Below the pieces are notes generated by a model. That model searched no databases, was not told the DNA's origin, and was given only the letters and a program-made list of their open reading frames with translations. A program made the translations under genes and the position numbers. DNA of 39,922 nucleotides from Catajapyx aquilonaris (Eukaryota): the NCBI GenBank assembly GCA_000934665.2, contig KZ538923.1, positions 1 through 39,922 on the forward strand, written 5' to 3'. This document shows, piece by piece, positions 1-13,059 of this stretch (the first letter of the stretch is position 1; every line of letters starts with the position of its first letter).

Positions 1-143
1 AATAGAAAGGCATTGCCTGGAACATGCCTCCAGCGTGTCCAGATTATTTTCGACCCGGAGTGGATTGAACTGGTTTTGCTGGCAAGCTCCTCATATGTGA
101 ACATACATTTCATCATCAACAATGCTCCCAACTAGGCAACTAC

Positions 144-339
144 TAGGGCTGTGCGATATCCGAAAAAATATCGAATCGAAGTCGATATATCGAAAATCGA
201 AAAACCGACATCGCAAAATATCGCAAACCGACATCGCGATATTCGATACATCGCACATGCCAAGCGTCGGATATCGCAACTTCGATATTAGGAAAATATC
301 GTATCGACAGTCGATGTATCGAAATATCGCACAGCCCTA
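144..339. mobile_element. hAT-type MITE (~196 bp)
   Basis: 16-bp perfect TIR TAGGGCTGTGCGATAT / ATATCGCACAGCCCTA. 8-bp TSD gcaactac (136-143) / gcaactat (340-347). Interior built of TATCG/CGATA repeats. TAGGG ends with an 8-bp TSD are typical of hAT. Confidence 0.9.
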
Positions 340-769
340 GCAACTATACTCTCCTGACCCCCAGAAGCTAATCCCCGCACTTCTTGCCAGGCTTGGAACA
401 AGTGGCCTATGTTACCCCGTACAGGACGCAACAATTAATTTTTAAGTATATATTGACACCAAAATGAAAATTTAAGCTATGCAGTATAACTACCTTAAAA
501 GGACTGTTGCAGGTTATGTGTCATCATCTTTATAACGAATTAAATTCAAACAGATGATGTTGGCGATGAAAGTTACGTAGGGTATAAATTTATGATGCAA
601 TTATCCTAAACATAATTAAGATTTTACAAAGTTACCTTTGACACAAACACAATATTCAAATATGCAGTCCAAAACTGCACTAAAATATGGAACTTAATAT
701 GTCATGAAAAATAACATTTCAACTCAAAACAGTGTTGCCAAAATCAGTGTCCGAAATTTACGCAGCAAA

Positions 770-814
770 ATGGCTTAAGTTACCCACCCGGCTTAAGTAA
801 CCCCGTTTGACGGT
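770..814 (-). mobile_element. Solo terminus of a pogo/Fot1-like (Tc1/mariner) non-autonomous element
   Basis: Reverse complement reads TACCGTCAAACGGGGTTACTTAAGCC with a tandem subterminal copy (GGGTAACTTAAGCC). No partner end found. Confidence 0.45.
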
Positions 815-1324
815 AACGTACAAGTTGCCTGCCTCATCCTGCATCTTGAACGTCACGATGAAAGTGGAGGGGAAAGGTCGGACGCCAGCATAACAGATTT
901 CGACCTTGACCAGCCTTGACCATATATCAATTGGATTCAAGCAATTCAAAAGCAGTGCAATCCTATTACACCATGGAGTCTCAATGAATTACGTACAACC
1001 ATGCACTACACTGCTTTAGTGAAGGGTGAAGGTAGTTGGCGACACTTTAACGACCAGCAGATGACCACTACTTCGGATCCGAGGAGAATGATTAGGGACG
1101 CAGTCTGCATATTTCTCCTACCTCTCTGAAGGCTGATACAACCCATCCTTCTTAGTTTCCGAATAAAATATGTGATACGTAAGCAAATTATTTATTCCCA
1201 TTTTCAAAACATTATAAAATTGTTTAAATCATACACAACGAATGCAATTTGCATCTCTTCTAAACATGAATACATTAATGAGTATAACTACTTGTTCATA
1301 TTGCTTTGTCAAAAAATAATTGCA

Positions 1325-1976
1325 ATTATCACAAAAAACAATCCCTATGGAATTGTAAAAAAAGGAAAGTATATCTAAGTGACGGATAGAAATTACTGAA
1401 ACAAGACTGGGCTGCGTAAGATCTTCACCATATGGGTAAATGTAACCCAGAGATCTTACTTCCGCATTTAACGTTTTACAAGACGTCAGGTTAGAAATTG
1501 TCTAAAAGATCCAGAGTCTAATAAACCATTCTGTTAACCAATTAACATCCTAGCCCCCCAACTAATCGATTAACCAATAAATCAATCAACCAACCAGCAC
1601 CTCATTTAATCAATGGAACAACAAAGAAAAAATCAACCCTCCGAACAACCAATCTCTAACCACCAGACAATAAGTAATCACTTACTGTTAGCAAGTCATA
1701 AGTATTTAACCAATTATCATTCAAAAAACCAGCCTATAAACCCTTGGGAATACTATTCTCAGCCCTACAATCACTAATACTAACACCCAGCACAAAGATG
1801 ACTTGATCAACACCATCTTCTAAAACGTTAAATGCGGAAGTAAGATCTCCGGGTTGCATTTATCCATATGGTGAAGATCTTACGCGGCCCAGTCTTGTTT
1901 CAGTAATTTCTATCCGTCACTTAGATCTTACTTCCCTTTTTTTTACAATTCCATAGGGATTGTTTTTTGTGATAAT
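1325..1976. mobile_element. Foldback / long-TIR non-autonomous element (~650 bp), possibly Mutator-like
   Basis: ~160-bp inverted arms (1325-1485 and 1814-1976) with only scattered mismatches. Spacer is strand-biased (AACCAAT/CAACC-rich). No clear TSD. Confidence 0.85.
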
Positions 1977-4900
1977 GTTATTGTTTGATATCGGCCGAAA
2001 GTGGGAATCTGAAACATCACGAAGACCCTTTTCACTGTGGTCTAATATGGTTTAAGAGCAGTTCGTGTTTAAATCTCATTTCTAGGTTGGGAGGTGCCTT
2101 AAATGGGGTGCTGTCGAATTTGCTTATTATGAAAGCTTGTAAGGTCCTGCGTTCCCTTCACCTGAGATTTAAGAAAATTGGCCCAAGCTAACCCCCCACC
2201 CTCCATCAAGGATGTCACGCTCTGATTTATTTGGGCTTTTCTGTCCCACCACCCCCCTCTGAGTCCTGAATCGCGCACCGTCACGGAAGTCGTGACCTCT
2301 TTTACAAACCATACATCACACTGCCGCGAATCTCATCTCCCGTAGCACGTTTTTTCTCTTCTAAACAAGTATGTCCATTTCCCTATTGAAAAACAATGTC
2401 TTTGTGGTTTTAAAATGATTGTACTACCCGTGTTCTTCCGCCATGCAAATCTGGACCCTCCTACTTCCACCACATCAGCATTACCACCTATCAGGCATGG
2501 TTTCATGAAGCTCAGTTTAACGCCAACCGAAGTTAAATCCTCGTTAGGGTACTGTGTAGGCCCACTCTCAGATAAGCCCTTCAAATCTCATTTCCCAGTA
2601 AAATTGACCCAACTTGAGTCGAGCCTAGATTTACTTAATTTCTACAACTACCGTCCAGGACCAGTAACCACCAGTAGTCGGTCTCACCCTCCAGAACCGT
2701 GTTTCACTCCAGCTTCGATCTGAATCCTCAGTGGCCTCGGGTCAAAAAGCGCTTAAGGAGGCTTAACTCCCAGCAGCAGCTTCCTCTTACCCTCCTCTCC
2801 CTGCCCCCCACCACTCCCTTGGCAGCTATTACCGCAATTAGCGGTAATTCATTAATGAAGCCTATCGCGGTTTCACTTAACGCCGGGGTTGCGTTTCTGA
2901 CCTGTCACTTGAGCCGGGGGTGTGATTTGGGCTTACAGGAGTTTTGTTTCCGCCCTAACTCCTCTCGCGGACAATTTGCATTGTTCACTCTATGAGAAGC
3001 TTTCCATTATTATCAATTGATGCGCTCTAAGCCGGCGGCGCTGCCTGTGAGATACCGGCATGTGACGCTGAATTATAGGTCTGCGCGTCAACTTGGGAGG
3101 GTAAACAATCCTTTTGTAGATTCGTATCGAAACATTCTGGCCAGAATTGACGTCAGGCATCGTTGCACACTGATAGGGCCCGGTACCGTACCACCATGGA
3201 TTCGAGTCCATGTCGGTAAGTAATGACTCACTTTTCGTCAACTTTGGCTGTAGACTAAGCAGATATGTTTAAAATGGATGCTTCTGGATGGTGGTGTTAT
3301 CAAGTTCAGGTCGTGCCATGGTAAACTGGAAGCCTGATTGCACTTTTAATGTCGAAAAAGTTAGCCAATCCCAAATGACGTGACTTGTGACGGACAGATT
3401 TATGTCGCGCTATCGTTCGGTACTAAGGACAAGTTATCCTAACTCTTCAAGGACACCCAAGCGTCACCCGGGTGTTACGGGTGGCCTCACATCCAGGATA
3501 AAATGGTTGAGCCAAACCCAAACATTCTTGCCTTCAAGTCTATCGGCTTTAAAAACTGGCTATGACTGTATAGACCACACTCGTCAGTCAGCTCACTTTG
3601 AGTTGCCAATTTAAAAACCACATTATATGCCTAAAATGGAATGACGTGCACAGTCCTTGTTATTTCTTTGGCTTGTGATTCTGTTGTCCTTTGACTCCGG
3701 ACTCTGGCCCTACACAGAGCTTTTATACAATCAGAGAATGGGAACTGGGTTTTCCGTCCGCCTTTATATTTTCGTCTTCGATCTACAGCCGAGTGAAAAC
3801 TAGAGAGAAATTCTGATACCAGCTAATTACTGGGGATAGAAATTGTATAGTCGAGCGAGCAGTTAGGTAAAAGCCTTTGACGCGAACAACCTGCTGTTTC
3901 AGGGAGGGCCTGGCGAGTATGGCATTAGTGTTGAACTCTGCCGAATCTTTGCTTTTGTGCACGCATGAGCAAGCCAGCCAAGTGAACGTAATCTCACTGG
4001 GGGATTCAAAATAAAGCCTGCTTAAGTAGGGGGGGTACTTATTGAAAATGGCGCATGCTGAAATTTGTGCAAAACGCGGTTTGTACGTTAAGACGGACCC
4101 AACTAGGGCTGGTTATAACTGCTGTAAGTATACACCGTGTTGGATATTGACCACTGGTCATTTTAATATATGCGTGCGACAAATGGAATTTATCATATTA
4201 ACCAAAATGGCTGCGTCACCTCCGACAATTGACATTCAATATATCGATTCCCCGGCCCCCCTGTATTCCGCCCAATTCCACAATTATGGTTGGGATTTAA
4301 TGCAGTTACGTGCATTGTTTCTTACCCATCAATTTGCATTAATCACCGCTCTAATTTCAGTGGCGTACCTACACCCCCCTTCCTCCCCTCCATCCGCCCC
4401 ACCCCACAACCCCAGACCCAACATTGCCCCTCCTGTTTTGAAAAGACCTCAGCTGACAAACTGCGGTGTACTGTATTCAGCCGCCAGTGGTATATCACAC
4501 TGTACACTACAAAAGCGCACGGGTTGATGAGACCCATCCTGGCGCATCACAACCTGGCTATTCAACAGGATGAGCTCGGACCAGTTCGCAACTTAAACTC
4601 AGGCAGTACTGTACGCTTATGGGTACCATTCGGATGATAATTGTTATAACAACGAGCTGGAGGCCAGAGGCAAAGATCGCGAATTGAAGGAGCGCTACTT
4701 TCGTGAGACTTGCGGTACAGGCTAGAGTGAAACGTGTTATCTGGCGTTGATAATTCTCGCCTGTCAGGAAACTGGGTGAAGGGCGATGTCAGATAATTTG
4801 AACTTGTAAAGTCATCTGGGTGATATAAGGAATTGTACGGCTAGCGTTTTGGCAAGGTTTGATCAAGCCTATTGCGAAGTGTGATACGAATCAGTTGATT

Positions 4901-7900
4901 TTGGAGATGGGAAAGATGAGACTTTTCTGTCCACCATCCCCGCTTTCTACCTGCCAGTGACGTAATAGCATTCGATCCGAACTAATCCACCATCATGGGT
5001 GTGCACTTAGATCATCTGTCTGTGCAAATGTACCTTGCACGTAATCGTATTGTACGAGGGGGGAAAAAAAGGGGAAGTTCCAAGGTTGCAATTATAGATG
5101 GCGTATCAATGTCGGGCTTACGAAGTGCGTAGGCTACGTGTACCTGTGCCCTTTGAAGCTGGAACTCATCCCTGAAAAGTCGGAAGGCATTATTCGTAAC
5201 AGGTTCATTTGGATCGAATGTAGAGTTTTCTCTAATTGCAATTAACATTGAGTGCTATACCTGCTATGTGCACTCTTCGTATAGGGTGTTCCATTAAGGT
5301 GACTCTATACTGCGTAGATGGGACATAATAATTGCAATTTTTTGTGGGTGATGCTATAACACGACGGAATCATGCTCCAGAGAGCGTCAATTTATTTAAA
5401 AAAAACAACCTGTTGACATTTTCAGGCAAGGTTTTTTTTTGTCGGGTTATATATACGGAAGGTTTCGTGCAGATGGTGCGTCGTCGACGATATGTCAAGT
5501 AAGTGTAACGGGAGGTAATTGGATGTCTGGTAAGGTACACGAAGCCAATAACAGAATCGGTGACCTTCGTGTCCTTGTCTATACACCCACATTTCGGACC
5601 TTCGATGAGCCAACATCAATCGAAATATTGGAAAGTCGGTTCACATGAGATATGAAATTAATACGTGTTGCTTGGCCTACTGGACTCTTTTCTACATGAC
5701 ACCACTATAAGTTCGCGACATGAATCAACAATGCAAGATGCAAAGATGGTGTGAACCACATAGGTTCAATTTTACGTCTTACGGAGTTGGCGTCTAGGTA
5801 TAGCATGAAAATATTGCCAGAAGAATTGTACCGACGGAATTATTGCGGTACATAATAAATGCAACTTCCAAGTTATGCCGGCTGGAATTTTTAGCCGCTT
5901 ACTGCTTTGTCGAACTGTAGTTATTTGTGCGCAAATTGGGAGGGAATGTCAGAAGTGAAGCGCTAGAGAATTCCAACAGCGGTATATGCAAAGCTGATAT
6001 TGAGTGCTGGTTTTGTTCTTGAAATTTACTGCTAATATTTGCACGTTCCGAAGTAAAAGATGTTTAACAAATTTCCCCCCGAAACATACATACTCGCATG
6101 TATATAGGAGCGTGATCGCACCTTATATAGGTTCTGCTTCGTACGAAAATAATGTTGATCGAAACATTTATTGAACCGTGGTGGAGATTCATGTCATGTA
6201 TTTTCGAGGCTAAGCCGGTATTCATTCTCTTCTTAGTCCCTCCCTATAGGCTCTTGCCTGACAAAAATTTATGTAAGAAATAAAACATGTGAATCTCACT
6301 CTATATGAAAGGTCTGGACCATGGTCTGGCAGGCTATAACCTAGGCTCTATATCAACAACCAACAAGTGTCATCAGTTTTCTCTCAACTATCCTGCCAAT
6401 TAACGGCATCAACAATTGCTCATTAACGAAGCCAATGAATCGGCAGAACAATATTAACTGCCAGTTTCGCTTTAGTCACGTTAAAGGGCATCCAAAATCC
6501 AGCTTGACCTCTATGGCACCCTAATTAGTCAGTCAGCCACTGAAATTTTTAACATTACGTGCACCAGTCGCCATCCATTGTTAAACACTTTCCCTGCGGA
6601 AAACAAAGGCAAACAGGGGTCGGAAAAGGATGACCTACTCCCACAAGTCGCTTAACTATGCAGCGCCGACCTTGAGCTTCATCTGCTGCAAAAATTAAGT
6701 CAATTAAGGACAAGCCCTCATCACCATTAGCACGACACGACGAAAAAACTGGCAGGCACAGGGTGACTAAAAGTCTCATTTCCCCACGTGGATATTGGGC
6801 CGATATTTAATCTGTTTTCTATGGAAATGTGGGAATATTTGGCTTTATACAAGGCTGTACTTTTTTCACTGGTATTGCACGATTTTTAACGCTTTAGCTG
6901 CATAGGACTGGCTGTCAAAGGCCCGGAAAAAGGACGCACTCGTTGACTGGCCGCATATTTATCATAATGTATGTGTGCGACGTGGAATAATTTTTTGGAG
7001 TGCTTCTCGGCTATGATGCGGGCTTCAACTGAAGACAGGCCATTATTATTCATTGTAACTCCAGGAATCATTTGGACAACAGAGTAGCGGGAGGCCAAGA
7101 GACGAATTTAGCAGATCACTTATATTTTTTAAATTAAATTGTTAGTTATTTCTAACTCTACATTTCAGGTTAATCCTTTTTATTGGGTGAGAGGATTTGG
7201 CCTCTGCGAAGAGCGAAATTTTGCAATTTGACACAGCACGTTTTTACTGATTAATTGCGAAACGTGGCTTCCCCCTTTCAAAAAAAAAAAGTCAGACGTG
7301 CAAAAGCGTTTAGTAAGAGTTATGGAGGACCTCGGAGTAGGAAGTCGTGTCATATGAACCCCCACTCTCACCCATGGGAGGTCAATTTACTTGCGTTACC
7401 TTTAATAAGCCGTGGCTGGGATTCGCCCCCTAACCGCTTGGTAGGAGGGGAGGGGAGGGCGTCATATAAAATAGTGTGGACGACGTAACTAGGCCTGTGG
7501 AATATTTGCGTCAGGTGACACAAGACTGTCCGGGAATCCCGAAGTACGATGCAAATTGAATCCAGCGGGAGTGGAGATTAGCGTAAGGGAAAAGCAAATT
7601 GTGGCAGGCGTGCTGCTGTTGCCAGCTCGGAAAATAAGACCCGTTTTTCAGGTGCCTTTCAACCAATCAGGGATTAGAAATTCAATCGCGCGGATACGGA
7701 AAGCCGAACTGGGAAGGAGGGAAAAAATGGAGCAACTAGAGATTCGGGTTGGCACAATAGCCAGAAAAATGAGTTAGTTTTGTATGTTAACTATAGGATA
7801 TAATGGATGTGTTTTTGCTTTGGATATGTATGGGTGACATACTTGTGGGGCTAAAATAAAGTGTTTTTTTTCTTGATTTTTTTTTGTCTGAAGAAATAAT

Positions 7901-7922
7901 TGCAGTTTTATATTGCGCCTTA

Positions 7923-8207
7923 AGGAGGGCGGCACGGTGGCGGAGTGGTTAGCGTCACAGCCTTCCACCTCTAAGGTCCCGAGTTCGATCCCAGGATCGC
8001 GCAGAGGATACTTATGTGGATAGAGTTTCGATGGGTTCTCTCCGTTTGTTCGCGTGGGTTTTCTAGGGGTTCTCCCGTTTCCTCCCGCAATCAAAATCCA
8101 CCACAGCGCAGGCAATGATTAAAGACGGCCAATTAAAAGATGATTCCCTAAAAAGCCCAAGGAGGCTTATCACGGGGTATTCATTATTATATTATTATTA
8201 AATTATA
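7923..8207 (+). mobile_element. Full-length tRNA-derived V-domain SINE
   Basis: A box TGGCGGAGTGG (7938-7948) and B box GAGTTCGATCCC (7981-7992). V-domain-like core ...GTTCTCTCCGTTTGTTCGCGTGGGTTTTCTAGGGGTTCTCCCGTTTCCTCCC (~8017-8097). Hairpin tail plus (ATT)n. 11-bp TSD attgcgcctta (7912-7922 / 8208-8218). Confidence 0.92.
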
Positions 8208-8602
8208 ATTGCGCCTTATGTGCGCCGGATACATATGCGGTTTTTCAGAATCGCGTCCCAAGTTTGGCCGAGTCGTGGGTGCAGCGTTCCCTTTGCACCG
8301 CCGATGCGGGCGTCTCGCTGGAGATATGGACCTGAAATTTTCGCAGAATGGCGAGGAAGGACCAGTTGAGCTCCCGACGGAGTTTCGATTCATTAGAATA
8401 ATAATTGCGAGATCTACAAGGGGAAGATTTTTTGAAAAACTGCTCACGACATCTTGGCTCCGGATTCGAATTGGGAAAATATCTCGAAGTTGTGCAATGG
8501 CAAAAGTTGTCCTCTGTTACTCCTCCAAAGCGCGATTAATTTGGGCTATTAGTTTTTCACCTTATTAAAACGGTTTCACCGCCTCATCTCGTAAAATCGG
8601 AG

Positions 8603-8727
8603 GGAGTACTTCCGAAATAGAACAGTTGGTTCCCTGTTGCCCACGCGCTTTTAAAAATTATTTAACCCGAACCGGTTCCCTGGCAACCTGGGCAGGGAAC
8701 CAACTGTTCTACGTTCGAAAGTTCTCC
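8603..8727. mobile_element. Small MITE-like inverted-repeat element
   Basis: Perfect 19-bp inverted repeat TAGAACAGTTGGTTCCCTG (8618-8636) / CAGGGAACCAACTGTTCTA (8693-8711), extending imperfectly outwards. Extra internal GGTTCCCTG copy. Confidence 0.7.
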
Positions 8728-9793
8728 GCCGTGGGTTACAGACACCTTGAACATGATCTCTCCCTCTTATAGGTCAAGGGGAAAAAACAAAGTGATAGCA
8801 GAGTGCTTTGCTTTACACATTCTAGGATAACATGCTCACGAAGAGAAGGACCGACGACACATTTTGCGGATCTATTGTACTGTACATGTCCTTGTTCTGC
8901 CCTTATAATACCGTCTTTGTCTGGCTTGTTTCTTCTCGCTTTATGCGGGGGTTTTAGGCCGTAAAAGACAAACGGGGACGTCTTTATTCGCGAGAGGCTC
9001 GCACTGAATGGCTTTAATGACCCGCGCTTTGACACCGCAGTTTCATGTGATGACAGGTGAGAAACTTGCCATCTGAAACCGTGCCCTTTATGTGCCCTTT
9101 AGGAGTCAACTTTTTAAAATTGCTGCGAATTAGTTTTGACATTAACAGGATATTATTATAATGGTCGGCGATCTATTTGTGCTATATTCATATTATTCGT
9201 CTGTTAATGTGATTCCAAGATAGGGCCTGTGTCCAATCCAATTACGTTCTGCACCTACTGGAACTATTCGTGTGGAAAGGAATATTACTTTTGTTCATTA
9301 CAGAAGGCAATTTTGAACATATTTCATCTGGCATGACATTACAATATTAGACTGCAGAAATATTGAGCCACCGGCACAATATTTGTCGCACTCATTTTGC
9401 AACTTGTCATAACTTTAATATACTAAATACATCTGTTAACTGAATTATTTTGCTTTATTCCTACGAAGTCGTCTCGTGCACGCTTTCTTTTGTTTGGTTA
9501 TACAAGTCATAAATGCGCGCAATGAAAGAGAGGACAATATTTTTGAAAAAATAATGACATATAAAATGACCTGGCGTACAGTACCTCCTATGGAGCTCTA
9601 AAAGGCGTTATTCAATAGGAAAGTGATTTTTACGTAATTATTTGGTCCATTTCAAAACTGTGGATATTATGGTGGAAGGGACTAGGAACCTACCAGAGTT
9701 TTAATTGTCATTCTTGTGGCAATGGTAGACGATGGCCAATTTTTTGAGTCACATATATTGTTTACTTAAATCGATATTTAATAAAATAAATGC

Positions 9794-10174
9794 GGGGAGG
9801 TGTAGATGGCCGAGATGGTAACGTCTCGGCTTGCTGAGTGAAAGGCCCCAGGTTCGATCCCCGCCTGGGAACTTCCCTTTCACCTGCGTCAGGAGGGTGT
9901 CTGACCTGCACCTTGGAGGTGTCTGGCAACCTAACCTCCTGGGGAACAGCACATGACCCCTTTACCGACCTTGCACTTGCACCAATGTCCCCTCCCCAAA
10001 AATCCCTATCCCTATACCCTACATCCTTGACTCCTTGCACCGCTGAATGAAGTTAATATATGAAAATGGAGTGAAATGGTGGTATTCCACCCCCCTAAAA
10101 AGGCTCAGCCTTATCACGGGGTAACGTAAAAATAACTAAATAAATAACTAAATAAATAAATAAAAATAAATAAA
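9794..10174 (+). mobile_element. tRNA-derived SINE (family B) with type-A hairpin tail and (TAAA)n end
   Basis: A box TGGCCGAGATGG (9807-9818) and B box GGTTCGATCCC (9851-9861). Tail CCCCTAAAAAGGCTCAGCCTTATCACGGGGTA (10092-10123), then TAAA repeats. TSD ambiguous because the flanks are A-rich. Confidence 0.88.
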
Positions 10175-10522
10175 GGCTGGTTGAGCAATGTGGCAGCACC
10201 TCAAATGGGGTAGTAAAATGTTTAATCTTGCATATTCGTATTTTAAATTTAATTGAAAGGCATCCTGTATGGATTCGGACATTTTATAATACCTGTATAG
10301 TGTAGAGTGTAGACAATCCCTTGTAAGAGGTTCCAATTACGTAGATCTTGTCAAGGGTAGTTTAGGCAACATATCTATCTTCCTACAGGAATGTGTAATA
10401 GGGTCTTTTCTATACAGAAAAAGGCCCATATCCAAAGGCACCAAACCTTTAAAAAAAACTCTGCACTATTAGAGTCAACATTCAGAACTTCTCAAAATAC
10501 GCCACCAAAATAATAAACTATG

Positions 10523-10632
10523 GGTGGAATTTTCGTCGTACTACTAGTTACTTCTAACTTAGCAGTACCAGTGTAATGCAATGGTCGTACTGCTAAGTTA
10601 AAAGTAACTAGTAGTACGACGAAAATTCCACC
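10523..10632. mobile_element. Palindromic MITE (~110 bp hairpin)
   Basis: 46-bp arms (10523-10568 / 10587-10632) with one mismatch and an 18-nt loop. Possible 3-bp TAT duplication one base outside each arm. Confidence 0.8.
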
Positions 10633-10902
10633 GTATGGAAGGTGACCTACACGTACAAATGAAGTAAAACATGAATATATGGTGCAGTCCGATCTATAAA
10701 TAAAGAGCCTTGATGAAGAAAACATCATCTGCATGGTAATGACATACCTAATGGCACGTAAATTGCTGTTGGTTAAAAGGAACATAGAAGTCCCTAACGA
10801 GGAACAATTTTTATTTGCATTTACTTGCACAGCATTTTCGTAATAATTTGATACCCCATGATACGACTGTTGCATCTTAAAAGGACACATAGTATTTATT
10901 AA

Positions 10903-11030
10903 GGAGAATCCCGAGAAAATCCACGCGAACACGGAGATAACCCATCGAAATGCTTCCCACAGATAATGTTTAGTCTGCTCAGGGGATCGAAATCAGGAGT
11001 GATATGGTTTAACCACTGCACCACCATGCG
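10903..11030 (-). mobile_element. Degenerate, 3'-truncated V-domain SINE copy
   Basis: Minus strand reads TGGTGCAGTGGTTA (A box) ... TTCGATCCCC (B box) ... TTTCGATGGGTTATCTCCGTGTTCGCGTGGATTTTCTCGGGATTCTCC, closely matching the 7923-8207 core. Confidence 0.8.
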
Positions 11031-11736
11031 TTGCACGATATTGTGCTGATGTTGAATGCAGGAGATAAATCGTCTCGCGTATTAATCTTCTCCTCTCCCC
11101 CCTCTCCTTGTAGTAGACCTACGTCTTTAAAATAACCTAATATTTGAAGATTTACTTCTGCTTTTTATTTACACCTGTTGGATACATTCAACTTAAAGTA
11201 GCTGTTCTTTGATTGGAGAACAAGAGAGGCATGCAAGAATTACTCGAAACTAGTTTTATATTTAATCTTCATGTGTTAGGAGGTTTATCCCGGTCACTCA
11301 AGCATATTCTCCGACTAACGTTGCGTCTTGACAAGCAACCCCTACATCTCGCAAATAGGCCTAGACCCAGGATAAGAGCTCTGTCCCCTCTATGAATGTC
11401 GGCTTCCAACGTTGGAAAGTCCCCTTTATACCAGCGGTAACGCAATGAGCAGGAATGTCACCAGCAGGTGTCTGCTAACGTAACATGAGGTTATACATGG
11501 AACTGCAGTCCGTCATTACTGACCCATTGAATTACTGTATGCTACATTATACATATTATGGTGTTTTATAATAGCGACAACCAGAGGGTCCCTCTGTATG
11601 TAAAGGTGTCATTATTTGGTATCATATAAGCTTTGTTTTAATGTGATAATGGGGTCCTAGCCTACATTTTGCAAACCCATGTAAATATCGTCCTTATTTT
11701 TAAATGAATTTTGGTGTTTTTTGTTTGAAGAAATAA

Positions 11737-12037
11737 TAATTCTAATAATTCATAATTCATACCCCGTTATCAGCCTATCGGCTCTTTAGGGGGGAAGTTT
11801 TGTTTTGCCTGGAACTCTTTGCTTTCATTTTACTGCGCTTTTTGGGATAGGATAGGGACGGAAGGAAGCGGCTGTGGCCTATTGATTACGAAAGCAACTC
11901 CGGAATTTTCCTGGAAGTAGGACCGTGGGAAACCACAGAAAACCACGGTCAGAGTTGCCGGCCCCGGGATTTGATCCCAGGACCTCCCGATTAGCAGTCG
12001 TACACCATATCCCAATACTCCAAACTGCTTCGGTATG
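11737..12037 (-). mobile_element. tRNA-derived SINE (family C), copy 1
   Basis: Head ...GACTGCTAATCGGGAGGTCCTGGGATCAAATCCC, body GTGGTTTTCTGTGGTTTCCC...CCAGGAAAATTCCGG...GGCCACAGCCGCTTCCTTCC, type-A hairpin tail. 16-bp TSD ttgtttgaagaaataa (11721-11736 / 12038-12053). Highly similar to 33164-33472. Confidence 0.92.
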
Positions 12038-12122
12038 TTGTTTGAAGAAATAAATAGAGTATTAGTTTTCGAGCTATGATCGATCTATGATCATAATAAT
12101 TATACGGTATCGTATTGCCCTT

Positions 12123-12305
12123 TGACGTCACTCGGGTCCGCTCGGGTCAAAAAATTAACATGCAGAGGCAGGAATGTATCCGGGTTGTTTTGTTCCTTTG
12201 TTTGTTGCCTAGCAACGGAATCGAACTACCGCAAATAAATCTTCGGGGCAACGGCCTGCTGACGTCACTTGGGTCAGAGGCCACGCCCCCGTTTTTCCCG
12301 CCAAT
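12123..12305. promoter_or_regulatory. Candidate promoter/enhancer motif cluster (2x CRE, RFX X-box, Sp/KLF, E2F, CCAAT)
   Basis: TGACGTCA at 12123-12130 and 12260-12267; GTTGCCTAGCAAC 12204-12216; GGCCACGCCCCC 12279-12290; TTTCCCGCC 12294-12302; CCAAT 12301-12305. Motif matches only. Confidence 0.45.
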
Positions 12306-13059
12306 TTGCGAGTGACTTTTAAACCCCCGATAATAATTATTCGAGGAATGACATTTTGGTGCCGAAAAGTGGTGGAATGCGTGTTTATATGTATGGTTGA
12401 GCTATTCGTGTACAAATTACTCAAACCCAGGCCAAGGCTAGGACCCCATTGGCCTTATTCAAATATTATGCTATATTACATGTATATGCTACCTCCTACG
12501 CATTGTGGATACATTATATGTGTTAAAGTGCTGGATGGCACCTGCAAGGCAAATTATACGCCAAGTGTTCCAATTGAATTGTCCACAATACAATGATTCA
12601 GAGTATTTGGTCTACAACAGAGAGGTTAAATTTATTATCGCCATTATCGTGTCATTCCTATCGGGCTCCAGTTGATAAAGCATGTAACATCCCATTTGCA
12701 AGGTCGTTTCTCAAAGTAAGGTAAGTTTGGATCAAAACTGGACATTGGGGCAAACGGACACTTGGTATGCAAGCCCCAAGCATTCCAAAAGTCACGCGTA
12801 GTTATTTTTGATATGTAAAGACAGGGATGTGGTGATAATTAGGATGGTTTCAGAACAATGACACATGGTCAGTTCGTAAGCCAACTTCCTGCCCGTGAAA
12901 ATGTTACAATGTGAGTTCGGGCGGCACACACCTATTGTTGCTGTAACTCATAACTCAAAATGATGACTTTGGGGACAGACGGACATGTGAGGTGTGGGGC
13001 AAACGGACACGCTCCAAGGACAAGGGTTTTATGGACACTTTCAAATGTTGAATGATTCG

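Noticed and set aside
4530..6010. Coding-like composition with LWVPFG and other RT-like hints
   Set aside because: No ordered RT motifs (no YxDD) could be assembled; at most a very old remnant.
7923..7995. tRNA-like sequences here and at 9794, 12037, 26456 and 33472 as tRNA genes
   Set aside because: No proper acceptor stem or oligo-T terminator; each continues into a SINE body and tail, most with TSDs.
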